Shown here piece by piece: positions 40,942 through 50,031 of a DNA stretch of 64,000 bases. Below the pieces are notes generated by a model. That model had not been told where the DNA came from and did not search any database. It was given only the letters and a program-made list of their open reading frames with translations. The position numbers and the translations under genes were made by a program. Each line of letters opens with the position of its first letter. Positions within the stretch are counted from its first letter, which is position 1. This DNA comes from Deltaproteobacteria bacterium (GTDB lineage: Bacteria; Myxococcota; JACRCW01): contig JACRCW010000169.1 of NCBI GenBank assembly GCA_016218805.1, positions 1-64,000 of the forward strand, written 5' to 3'.

Positions 40942-41667
40942 CTAAGGACGGCCCGAACAGCTTGGCTGGAAACCCGTGCCACAGCGCGCACCCTGCGGGG
41001 CGGAACCGCCTCCTCCGCTTCCCTCGCCACCACTCTCTTTGGCGGGGCGGCGCTCGGTGCGGCGGAAGAACTGCTCCGCCGCGTCACGCCCGCGCTCCGC
41101 GCGCAGCCCGCTGTACAGCCGGTCCATCAGCGCGCGCCACTCCGTCTCCGCGTGCTCCCGCGCAATGCGCTTGGCCTCCAACGTTGTGAGCGCCTTGCCG
41201 TATTCGGCCTGCGTGTTGGCCCAATCCGTCACCGCCGCCAGCCGCCGCGGCACCAGATTCACCACCAACGGGTCGTCGGACGGCAGGTGCGCCTTGAGGC
41301 GCTCGGCCAGCTGGGCGAAGCGCTTCTGCTGCTCACCCACCGGGGAGGCCGTGTAATACAGCGAACCCTCGGGAGGATGCGATTCCAAGGCGACTGCTTC
41401 TTCGCGTCCGGTATCCGCGCCGCAAGGACGCGGTCGCATTCCTCGGTGGTGCTGTCCAGGGGTGTCATCCGCTGCGTCGCGGTCCGCCATGGCCACGGTC
41501 GCGGGGTCTTCCGCGTCATCCGCGGCCGCCTGCGCATCCCGGATGCGCCGAAGGGCTGCCGCGCAGTCGCGCGCTTGGGTCTCCAAGCCTAGGCGCTTCA
41601 ACTGGCGCACGGAGGTGGTGAACTGCCGCAGCGGGGTGACGCCCACGCCTTCCTTGGGCAGCTGCAC
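40942..41667 (-). pseudogene. Helical hypothetical protein with two apparent compensating frameshifts
   Basis: A better-looking protein results if the frame switches at about 41460 (DDT/LDSTTEECDRVLAARIPDAKKQSPWNRILP) and back at about 41372 (EGSLYYTAS). Confidence 0.5.
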
Positions 41668-41737
41668 GGGGTTGTCCTTGGGTGGAGTGAGTGCGCAAAC
41701 ACCTCCGCCAGGCCCGCGGGGGAAATGAAGTGGCCGC

Positions 41738-41940
41738 GGAATGCGCAATTGGCAGGCACTTCGAAAGTTCCGTGGCACCGGGATCCGGAATTCCGCGCGC
41801 ACTGCGCGTGTTCAGGGCCCCCCGGATCCCGAATTCCGCGCCCACCGGGCGTGTTCAGTGCCACCCGGATCCCGAATTCCCGGGGGTACTCGCAGCTTCC
41901 GTGGCACGCCATTCCGGGAATCCGTGCGCACTCCTGCGTT
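41738..41940. repeat. Degenerate 43-bp tandem repeat (about 5 units)
   Basis: GGATCC(C/G)GAATTCC at 41781, 41824 and 41867 (43-bp period), with decayed copies near 41738 and 41910. Confidence 0.8.
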
Positions 41941-42150
41941 GCGGCGGGCCCGCGGGGGCTCCGCCAGGGACAGCGGCGCGTTGGCTGCGCGCAAGCTGGC
42001 AGCCCGGACATTGACTCCGTGCGCATCACGTTCCCGGCCCAACGCACAAGGACAGGGTGCGCCATAGGACCTCTCCGCCGGCGGCTGGGTCCCGTGCTTC
42101 CTACTTCCGAGGTGATGACGTAATACCGGCGCCAGGGTGGCGACCACGAC

Positions 42151-43467
42151 ATGGCGAGTATTCCAGACTGGCGGAGTGCGTTCCCGTGGCTGCGGCCTGA
42201 CCGGCCGCCGGCAGACATGCGGCTGTATGTGGAACCCAAGTACCGGGCGGCGGAAAGTGCTTTGAAGCGGGTCCAGCGTGACCCTGGTGGATTTGCCAAG
42301 GTCCTCCTGGTGGGTCCGAGGGGCGGCGGCAAGAGCACCGAGTTGCGCAGGATCAGCCAACTTGCCAAAGACGACGCTATCGTCGTGGAGATAGACCTCG
42401 ACGCGTCCGGGGTCTCCGCGGCCAGCGTCTCGGCGTTCGACCTCCTGTATGTCACTTCGGCGGCACTGTTGCGGCACACCGCGGAGGGAACCGCTGAGAC
42501 ACTGTTCAAGGAACTCGCTGAAGCCTACGCCGGCAAGGAGGCGAAAAAGACCCTGGGGCCGCTCGCCGAGACACTCGCCGGTATTGCGACGTTTGCAACG
42601 GCGGCTACCGCCGTAGCGGCTGGCTCCGGACTCCTGGCGGGCGCGGCACCCCTCATCGGTGCGGCGAGCGCCACCACGGCGGGCGCACTCCGCCTTCTTG
42701 CCAGACCCACCGGCGTGATTGCCGAAACGTCGCCCCAGGGCTCGGCACTGATGAGGGTGAGCACCAAGATCACGCGGGAGGTTCGGTCGCAGTCCGACAA
42801 GCCGATTCTCGTGCTGCTTGACGGCCTGGAGAAGATGAATGGCGAAGCGGCGGAACGCTTCCGACAGATGTTTGTCCAGACTCGCCTGCTCGCCGATCCA
42901 ACGTGGTCCGCGGTCATCGCCGCACCGCCGTGCACGTTGACCGAAACCGCCTCCGCACTCGCATTCGTGCCCGTCACCGTCTGGGGTTTCGGGCCCGACG
43001 ATGGCGCGCGCGTGGTGCGGGCGCTTCAGCTGCGCCTGCAAGCCGCGGGTCTCGACATTCCGCGCGATGTTGAAACCGGCGTGCTGGAGTACATCGCCCA
43101 GATGAGCGGCGGCGTGCCGAACCACGCCATCAAACTGATGCAGGAGGCGGTTGCGGCCGCTGAGGGGAAGCCGCGGATGGGGCTCTCCATGGCGCAAGAA
43201 GCCGTCAGGTGGTTGGCCCAACAACTCGCACAGGGTCTGACAGGCGAGGACTTGGACGCGCTTGCGGCCGTTGACGAAGAACATCACCTGCGCGGGGACC
43301 GCGCCTCGGCGTTGTTCGCTGACGGCAGAGTGATTGCGCAGCCGCCTTCGGACGAATCGGACGCACCCGAATTCGTGGTCCACCCCGTGCTCCAGCGCAC
43401 CGTCAAAGTGCATGGGACGCGCCGGGCAGCGCGCGATGTCCCCGAAACCGAGCCAGCCGAGGAATGA
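42151..43467 (+). CDS. P-loop ATPase (STAND/KAP-like) with hydrophobic insert
   Basis: GPRGGGKST, LVLLDGLEK, SGGVP; Ala/Gly-rich hydrophobic stretch between Walker A and Walker B. Confidence 0.8.
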   Translation: MASIPDWRSAFPWLRPDRPPADMRLYVEPKYRAAESALKRVQRDPGGFAKVLLVGPRGGGKSTELRRISQLAKDDAIVVEIDLDASGVSAASVSAFDLLYVTSAALLRHTAEGTAETLFKELAEAYAGKEAKKTLGPLAETLAGIATFATAATAVAAGSGLLAGAAPLIGAASATTAGALRLLARPTGVIAETSPQGSALMRVSTKITREVRSQSDKPILVLLDGLEKMNGEAAERFRQMFVQTRLLADPTWSAVIAAPPCTLTETASALAFVPVTVWGFGPDDGARVVRALQLRLQAAGLDIPRDVETGVLEYIAQMSGGVPNHAIKLMQEAVAAAEGKPRMGLSMAQEAVRWLAQQLAQGLTGEDLDALAAVDEEHHLRGDRASALFADGRVIAQPPSDESDAPEFVVHPVLQRTVKVHGTRRAARDVPETEPAEE

Positions 43468-45860
43468 CCCGCTACCGCGATGCCGTGACTGCCGCCTTGC
43501 GGCACCCGCTGGTCGGGCAACCCGGCGTCTTCCTGCTCATCGTACCGTCCCGGGAGCACAAGGAAATCGGCGCCGAGGTAGCGCGGGTCCTGCCGACCGA
43601 ACGAATCTCCCCACTGGTGCCGGGCGCAGCCGCCGCGGACGACAAGCAACCGTGGATCATCCTTGGGCTCCCCCGCGATTCCGCGACGCGAAAAACGGCG
43701 CTGCAGGAACTCAATGGGCGGCGCGACCGGTTGGCAGCCGCCAACCGGCAGCTGGTGCTCCTCGTGACTCGGGCGGAGTTGAAGGACGTCCAAAGATACG
43801 CGGGCGATCTGTATTCGCGCGTGCGCTTCAACGCGGTTATTCCGTTTGAGCCGGACCCCACGGTGGGTGTCGCGGAAGCGCGATCCCAGCTTGGTGAGTG
43901 GTACCACCGCCGCTACGGCAAGCTGGACCTGCGCGGACTCGTGCGCGACAGCACCGAAGACATCGGGTGGGGAATCGAGAGCATCTACCAGGAACTGCGG
44001 GCAATGCCGGCTGACCTGTCCGGCGAATTCGATGCCCGTTTCGACCGGGGTGGACGCCTGCGCATGTCGTTTGAGCTGGGCGTTGGCGTGCCGTTGGTAC
44101 GCCTTGTGGCGGCACCCGACCATGTCGTGGTGGTGCTGGCGCACCCGGGGTCCGGCAAGACCTTCTTCTTGCGCTGGCTGGCCCTGCGCGCTGCCCGGGA
44201 GCCGACGCTCGGGATGAGCACCCCGCTACCCCTGCTGTTCCCGCTGGCCGCGTTTGGGGGAGCGGCCAGCGTGGACGAAATCGTGGCGATCATGGTGGAC
44301 ACGCTGCTGGAGGACTGCGCCCCGGCAGCGCACGTGCTGGGCGCGGCGCTGCGCAACGGTGATGCGCTCTTGTTGCTGGATGGGTTGGACGAGGTGGGGG
44401 AGGAAGCGCTGCGTGTCCAGGTCGCGGCCCGGGTGGTGGAATTCCATTCGCGTTACCCGTCGTGCCGTTTGGTGGTGACCAGTCGGCTGGCGGGCTATCC
44501 CGAAGCGCCGCTGCCGTTTCCGGCCTGCACCATCGCGCCCCTGGATCGGAATGCCATCAAGGCGTTCCTGGTCCAGTGGTGTGAACTGTACGCGGTGGAT
44601 CTGCACGGGGAAACAGCCCGTGACCGGGGGCGCCAGGACGGCGCGCGACTTGCCCAGGACGTCCTTGGCAACCCGCAGCTCACCGAGCTCGCGGGTAATC
44701 CCCTCCTGCTCACGGTGCTGGCGATCGTGCATCGGACGGGGGTTCGCCTCCCGGATCACCGCGTTGAACTGTACTCGCACGCCACGCGCGTGCTGGTGGA
44801 ACGCTGGAACCGTGCCCGCAGCCTGGGCGGCGACACCCATGCACGGCCCCTGACCAGTGCCGATGCAGCCAGGCTGCTGGGTCCGCTGGCGTTGCGGGCC
44901 GTCCGGCGTGCGTCGCGTGGAACCGTTCCGGAAGCCGAGTTGCGCGAGAGCCTCGAACGCGAGCTCTCAGATCGCGCCATCAAGGGTCTTGCGTCCGTGG
45001 ACGAGGCCATTGACCTGTTCAAGCGTGCGCTGGGGTTGCTCGTGGAGGTTGCGCCCGGCCTGTACGGCTTCATGCACCTGACGCTCGCGGAGTACCTGGC
45101 GGCGTGGGAATTGGTACGCACCGGGGAACTGGAGAAGTTGGTGGACCGGCCCACGGAGGCATTCCTGCCCGAGTGGCGCGAAACGCTGTTACTTGCCCTC
45201 GGCGAGCTTGGTGTGAATCGCGGCGAGGATGCGCGGTTGGCGGCCGCCATCCGCGCATTGTTGCGCAGCGCAAGGCGGCGGCGCGGACGTCCTTCGGTGG
45301 GGGTGCCGTCGTTGTTGGCGGGGCTGCTCGCGGACGACCCCGGGCTGACTCTCACGGTGGCGCAGAACATCGCAGACGAGTTGATTCCTCGGTGGTGGTT
45401 CAAACGCGACTACGGTGAAAAACGGCTCGGAGATTTTCTGGCGGAGGCGCTGAACCTGGCTTCCCGAATCGGCGCCGGTCGGTATGCATCCCTGGTCGTG
45501 GAGCGCCTTGAGAAGCACATCAACACGCTGCCCGCGCACATGCAGGTACCGCAGAATGCCGAACGGGTGCTGCGTGTGCTTCTGGTCTGCGGTGCCGGGC
45601 CACCGGCCGTGATGGCGCTGTTGGCGCGGTTGCCGAACGGGCTCTTCGTTTGGTGGCGAGGGGATGGCGAAGAGTTCACGCTCTCGCCAACCATTTCCAC
45701 GCTGGTTCGAGAGGGGGCGGTCCGACTGGAGGCGCACAGGGAGGACAAGACGACCACATCGGTTGAGTTCCTCGGCATGACCGGCGATCGGGGGCGATTT
45801 CGCACGGAGGGCCGCTTGGTGTATGCGCGCATCGCTGAGGTTCCCGGAAAGCGCGGATGA
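43464..45860 (+). CDS. NACHT-domain (bacterial NLR-like) protein
   Basis: AHPGSGKT, LLLLDGLDEV, VVTSR, GNPLLL, FMHLTLAEYLAA; ATGA overlap with the upstream ATPase. Confidence 0.88.
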   Translation: MTRYRDAVTAALRHPLVGQPGVFLLIVPSREHKEIGAEVARVLPTERISPLVPGAAAADDKQPWIILGLPRDSATRKTALQELNGRRDRLAAANRQLVLLVTRAELKDVQRYAGDLYSRVRFNAVIPFEPDPTVGVAEARSQLGEWYHRRYGKLDLRGLVRDSTEDIGWGIESIYQELRAMPADLSGEFDARFDRGGRLRMSFELGVGVPLVRLVAAPDHVVVVLAHPGSGKTFFLRWLALRAAREPTLGMSTPLPLLFPLAAFGGAASVDEIVAIMVDTLLEDCAPAAHVLGAALRNGDALLLLDGLDEVGEEALRVQVAARVVEFHSRYPSCRLVVTSRLAGYPEAPLPFPACTIAPLDRNAIKAFLVQWCELYAVDLHGETARDRGRQDGARLAQDVLGNPQLTELAGNPLLLTVLAIVHRTGVRLPDHRVELYSHATRVLVERWNRARSLGGDTHARPLTSADAARLLGPLALRAVRRASRGTVPEAELRESLERELSDRAIKGLASVDEAIDLFKRALGLLVEVAPGLYGFMHLTLAEYLAAWELVRTGELEKLVDRPTEAFLPEWRETLLLALGELGVNRGEDARLAAAIRALLRSARRRRGRPSVGVPSLLAGLLADDPGLTLTVAQNIADELIPRWWFKRDYGEKRLGDFLAEALNLASRIGAGRYASLVVERLEKHINTLPAHMQVPQNAERVLRVLLVCGAGPPAVMALLARLPNGLFVWWRGDGEEFTLSPTISTLVREGAVRLEAHREDKTTTSVEFLGMTGDRGRFRTEGRLVYARIAEVPGKRG

Positions 45861-45982
45861 CGAGCCCGCGCATTCCTCGTGGAGTCAGGCCGCTGGTGTC
45901 CGTGGGGGTGGTTCAGGCCACCAGTCAGCTGCGCGCTGCGCCTCTCCGCCATGTGCCCGGGACGCAAACCCGGCCAGGTCCC

Positions 45983-47470
45983 TCAGGTCTCATGCTCACT
46001 GACGGGCTGCAGCAGGTCCTCCAGCCGGCGCTGCCGGTGCAACGTGCGCAGCGCCTCCACCACGGCGGGGTCCACCCGTCCCTTCTCCAGCCGAGCCAGC
46101 ACCGCAAACGCGCTCTCCAGGCCGGTGGCCACGCGGTAGGGCCGCGTGGAGGTGATGGCATCCGTCACGTCCGCCACGGCGACAATGCGCGCCTCCAGCG
46201 GGATCTGCGTGCCCTTGAGCCCGTCCGGGTAGCCGCTGCCGTCCAGGCGCTCGTGGTGGGCGCGGATGATGGGCACCACGCAGCGGAACTGGTCCACGTC
46301 ACGCAGCAGCTCATCCCCCAGCGTGGTGTGCGTCTTGATGACCTCAAACTCGTCCGGGGTCAGCAGGTCCGGCTTGAGCAGCACCGAGTCACGCACGCCG
46401 ATCTTCCCGATGTCATGCAGCAGCGCGCCCACGCGGACCATCTCCTTCTTCTCCGCGGGCAGGCGCAGTTCCTCCGCCAGGCGCACGCTGATGGCGGCCA
46501 CGCGGTCCGTGTGACCGGCCGTGTACCCATCCCGCGCTTCCAGCGCGCGCACCATGGCGTTGAGCACCTTGACCTGCTGCTCCTCCTGCGTGCGCCGCGC
46601 CACCGCCAGCTTGCGGTTGGTGGACACCAGGTCCCCGGTCACGCGCCGCAGGTCATGCACCAGCAGGCGCCCGTGCAGCGCGCGCTCCATCCGGTCCGCC
46701 ACCTCCTGCAACCCCGGCAGCGGGACGCCCATGAAGTCCACCGCGCCCGCGCCCAGCGCGGCCGTCGCCGCCGTCCACGTGGGCTCGGGGTCCACCACAA
46801 TCACCGGGAGTGACTCATCCAGCGTGCGCGCCAGGTGGACAATGAGCGTGGTGTCCATCCCGCCCTGCGCCTGCACTACCACCAGGTCAAACGCCCGGTT
46901 GGTCATCAGCGCCTGCGCGGCCCCCAGCCCAGCTTCGGAGGTGATCTCGTAGCGCCGCAGTTCACAGGCCTCGCGCAACACGTCAGACGCGGAGGCGTGC
47001 ACGCCCACAAACAGCGCGCGTGGCGGACGCGCCTCCGGCGCCCGCGCGGACTTGAGCGTGTCCAGCTCCACGCGCAGCAGCGCCTCCGCGCGAACGCGCT
47101 CCACCACCGAGAGCACCACCTGCCGCAGCTCCATGGGCCGCAGGGGCTTGGAGAAGAAGCGGTGCAGCTCCCCGGTGTTCACCGCCTCCACCGCCTTGCT
47201 GAACTCTGTGGACGCCGTCATCAGCATCCGCGCGGCCGCCGGGTGCCGGCTCTTGGCGCGCGCCAGCACCTGCGTCCCGCTGACAAATGGCATCATCTCA
47301 TCAACAAGGATGGCCACCGGGTGCAGCCCTTCCAGCAACTCCAGCGCGCGCTTCCCATCCGACGCAGCGTGCACGTTGAAGTCCCGCCGGAACGTCTTGC
47401 ACAACAGGTCCAGAAACGCCTGGTCATCGTCCGCGATGAGAAAGTCTCCGCTGGCGTTTGACTCGGGCAC
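45983..47470 (-). CDS. Response regulator with REC, degenerate REC and HD-GYP phosphodiesterase domains
   Basis: IADDD...VDEMMP...KP receiver; YTAGH, LLHDIGK, HHERLDGSGYPDGL. GTG start estimated. Confidence 0.9.
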   Translation of the reverse strand: MPESNASGDFLIADDDQAFLDLLCKTFRRDFNVHAASDGKRALELLEGLHPVAILVDEMMPFVSGTQVLARAKSRHPAAARMLMTASTEFSKAVEAVNTGELHRFFSKPLRPMELRQVVLSVVERVRAEALLRVELDTLKSARAPEARPPRALFVGVHASASDVLREACELRRYEITSEAGLGAAQALMTNRAFDLVVVQAQGGMDTTLIVHLARTLDESLPVIVVDPEPTWTAATAALGAGAVDFMGVPLPGLQEVADRMERALHGRLLVHDLRRVTGDLVSTNRKLAVARRTQEEQQVKVLNAMVRALEARDGYTAGHTDRVAAISVRLAEELRLPAEKKEMVRVGALLHDIGKIGVRDSVLLKPDLLTPDEFEVIKTHTTLGDELLRDVDQFRCVVPIIRAHHERLDGSGYPDGLKGTQIPLEARIVAVADVTDAITSTRPYRVATGLESAFAVLARLEKGRVDPAVVEALRTLHRQRRLEDLLQPVSEHET

Positions 47471-47545
47471 GGCGCTCCCCCGGGCCCCTCCCCCGGAGGC
47501 GGCCGCGCCCCATCCTGCCACAAGGCCGGCCCCGCGGCAGTCCGC

Positions 47546-47902
47546 TCACCCCCGCCGGGCCGCCGCCCGCGCCACGAGGTCACGCAGGGCGGCGCGCGAA
47601 GGCTCCTCCATCTGCGTGAACGTGAGCGCCATGCCGGCGGCCGAACCCTCCGTGGCAACCGGCAGGCACCGCACCACCACCGCGGTGCCCTCCAGCAGCG
47701 TCCCGCCGTCCTCCAGCAGGATGCGGAACTGCACGCGCGTGCCCATGGGCCGCGGGCGGTCGGTGCGGAGGAACAGGCCGCCTTCGCTGACGTCAACGGT
47801 GTGCGCGTCCAACAGCGCATCCACAGAGGTGGCGCGGTACTGCACCATGACGGTCAGCGGGACGCGGACAAAACGGCGGCGGTTCTCTGGCGGGATGGTC
47901 AC
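47546..47902 (-). CDS. PilZ-domain protein
   Basis: RRFVR (RxxxR) and DVSEGG (D/NxSxxG) c-di-GMP-binding motifs. Confidence 0.88.
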   Translation of the reverse strand: MTIPPENRRRFVRVPLTVMVQYRATSVDALLDAHTVDVSEGGLFLRTDRPRPMGTRVQFRILLEDGGTLLEGTAVVVRCLPVATEGSAAGMALTFTQMEEPSRAALRDLVARAAARRG

Positions 47903-47913
47903 CTGGGCACCGC

Positions 47914-49002
47914 TCAGAGCGCTTGCTGTTTCACCCGCGCGGACACCAGCAGGTACAGCGCAAACAGCGCGTCCTCCGCGGTCAGCGCCGCGTCCGGCGC
48001 GGACGCCAGCCGGCACAGGCGCAGGTATTCGCGCCCGTCAATGCCCAGCAGCGCCGCCCGGGCCATGGGTCCGCCCGTCCCGCTGGTGCCCGGCAGCGCG
48101 TCCAACAGCAGCGCCATCAGCTCCGCGGCCGCGCGCACGGCCGTGGCAAACTCGCGCGCCACGATGTGCCGCTCCACGCGCTCCACACCCGCCCCGTCCC
48201 CCGGCCACAGGGGCGCAAAACTCAGCCCCGTCCCCGCCAGCGCGGAGCGTGCGGGCAGCGAGGCCGGCGGCGGCTGGGTGGGCACCGGGAGGGAGGGAGC
48301 GGCGGCGGGTGCGGTGGCCTCCTCCACCGCCTCGCTGGCCACGGCGGACAGGCGCGCCGTCAGGCCGTCTTCGGCCACCAGCTGCGTTTCACCGGTGGGC
48401 GCGCGCCGGGCACCCTGCTGCCGGCGTCTGAGGTCCCGCACCACGGACGCGCTGATCTCCTTGAGCGCCTGCAGCACCCCCGTGCCCTTGGACGCGCAGG
48501 TCTCAAACGCCGGCGCGCCGTGGTGGTTGTACTCGGCGTTCATCGTCGCCACGGCCATGGCCGTGGGCAGGTCACGCTTGTTCCACTGGAACACGTGCGG
48601 GAACCGCGCCAGGTCCAGCCCCATCTCTGCCAGGTTGTCCTCCAGGTCCTGCAGCGACAGGCGGTTGTTGTCCCGCGCCGCCTCCTGGCTGTCCGCCACA
48701 AACACCACGCCGTCCGCACCGTTGAGCACCAGCTTGCGCGTGGCCGCGTAGAAGATCTGTCCCGGCACCGTGTACAGCTGCAGCCGCACCGGCATTTCCT
48801 GCACGCGCTCAATGCTGATGGGCAGGAAATCAAAGAACAGCGTGCGGTCGCCCTCGGTGGCCAGCGTCACCAGCTCGCCGCGGCGCTCCGCCTTGATGAC
48901 GGAGTACAGATACTTGAGCGAGGTGGTTTTCCCGGAGAGACCCGGTCCGTAGTAGACAATCTTGGCGGAGATCTCGCGGGCGAGCGGATTGATGAGGGAC
49001 AC
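47914..49002 (-). CDS. MglA-family small GTPase with C-terminal extension
   Basis: KIVYYGPGLSGKTT, TEGDRTLFFDF, TVPGQIFY, ADGVVFVADS, NKRD; about 170 extra residues. Confidence 0.9.
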   Translation of the reverse strand: MSLINPLAREISAKIVYYGPGLSGKTTSLKYLYSVIKAERRGELVTLATEGDRTLFFDFLPISIERVQEMPVRLQLYTVPGQIFYAATRKLVLNGADGVVFVADSQEAARDNNRLSLQDLEDNLAEMGLDLARFPHVFQWNKRDLPTAMAVATMNAEYNHHGAPAFETCASKGTGVLQALKEISASVVRDLRRRQQGARRAPTGETQLVAEDGLTARLSAVASEAVEEATAPAAAPSLPVPTQPPPASLPARSALAGTGLSFAPLWPGDGAGVERVERHIVAREFATAVRAAAELMALLLDALPGTSGTGGPMARAALLGIDGREYLRLCRLASAPDAALTAEDALFALYLLVSARVKQQAL

Positions 49003-49059
49003 GCGGCCTATATAGTCAAAGGAAGTCGGGCGCCCCAAGTCGCCCACCCGGAGGTCCCA

Positions 49060-50022
49060 CTGATAGCCGGTGACCTGTCCACCATGAGCCTGGCTGACCT
49101 GCTGCAGTGGGTGGAGCAGGCCGGCTGCAGTGGCCACGTCAGCCTCCACCGCGACGGCGCCGTCACCTGGCTCAACGTCTCCCAGCGGGAGGTCACCATG
49201 CTGTCCCCGGTGCGTGGCGGACCGGGCGCGGGCTCGCCGGAGGATCCCACCGCCACGGACCGCCTGCTGGATCTGTTCCTGGAACGGCACGGGCGCTTTG
49301 AGTTTGTCCCGCGCGTGGCGTTGGAGGGTGGCGTGCCCCTGCACCTGCCGCTGCGCGTGGTGGTCATGGAGGGGCTGCGCCACCTGGATGAATGGCCCCG
49401 CCTGGCGGAGGCCTACCCGCGCGACGCCGCCACCCTGGCGCGCACGGCGACGCCGGCGCCCGACCGGCTCTCCGGCGTGCAGCGATTGATCCTGCGCTTT
49501 GCGGAGTCCCGCCTCACCCTGGGCGAAGCGCGCCTGAAGCTGGGCGTCTCCCGTCCCGCGCTGCTGCGCCACGTGGAGGAGGTCCGCGGCATGGGGCTGG
49601 TGGAGGTGGAGGGCACGGAGTCCGGCGTGGACCCCGTGGCCCAGCTGCTGGCGCAGGCGTCCGTGCTGGTGCAGGAGCGGCAGTTTGAGGAGGCGGCCAT
49701 TGTGTTTGGGAGCCTGCTGGCATCCGACCCCACGGACCTGCGCGTGCGCCGCCTGCTGCGCGAGGCGGAACGGGAACAGGTGGCCGCGCTCTACCAGCAG
49801 CTGCAGCCGGTGAGCGTGGTGCGGCTGGTGGACCCGGCCGCGCTCCCCTCACGCAAGCTCAGCCGCACGGACCGGGAGATTGCCGAGCGCGTGAACGACC
49901 GCTGGGACGTGGCCAGCCTGGTCCTGGCCAGCCCGCTGCGCGAGGTGGAGACGCTGCGCAGCATCCGGCGCCTGTGGAAGATGGGCATTGTGGACCTGGA
50001 CCAGGCGGCCATGCCCGGCTGA
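49060..50022 (+). CDS. DUF4388 (PatA N-terminal-like) domain protein
   Basis: GDLSTMSLADLLQW...GRFEF...MEGLRHLDEW. Start uncertain: CTG 49060 after GGAGG, or ATG 49084. Confidence 0.8.
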   Translation: MIAGDLSTMSLADLLQWVEQAGCSGHVSLHRDGAVTWLNVSQREVTMLSPVRGGPGAGSPEDPTATDRLLDLFLERHGRFEFVPRVALEGGVPLHLPLRVVVMEGLRHLDEWPRLAEAYPRDAATLARTATPAPDRLSGVQRLILRFAESRLTLGEARLKLGVSRPALLRHVEEVRGMGLVEVEGTESGVDPVAQLLAQASVLVQERQFEEAAIVFGSLLASDPTDLRVRRLLREAEREQVAALYQQLQPVSVVRLVDPAALPSRKLSRTDREIAERVNDRWDVASLVLASPLREVETLRSIRRLWKMGIVDLDQAAMPG

Positions 50023-50031
50023 CTGCGCCCG

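Noticed and set aside
41738..41940. 43-bp periodic repeat as a CRISPR array
   Set aside because: The period is too short, the intervening sequences resemble each other rather than being unique spacers, and there are no cas genes in the window.
40935..42150. tRNA or integrase attachment site after tadA
   Set aside because: No cloverleaf, no TTCGAATC arm, no integrase and no flanking direct repeat were found by eye.
47914..49002. Naming the GTPase mglA
   Set aside because: No adjacent mglB and a long C-terminal extension; more likely a paralogue.
47923..50022. 699-aa ORF as a single protein
   Set aside because: Its first ~380 codons are antisense to the MglA-like gene; only the 3' DUF4388 part is credible.
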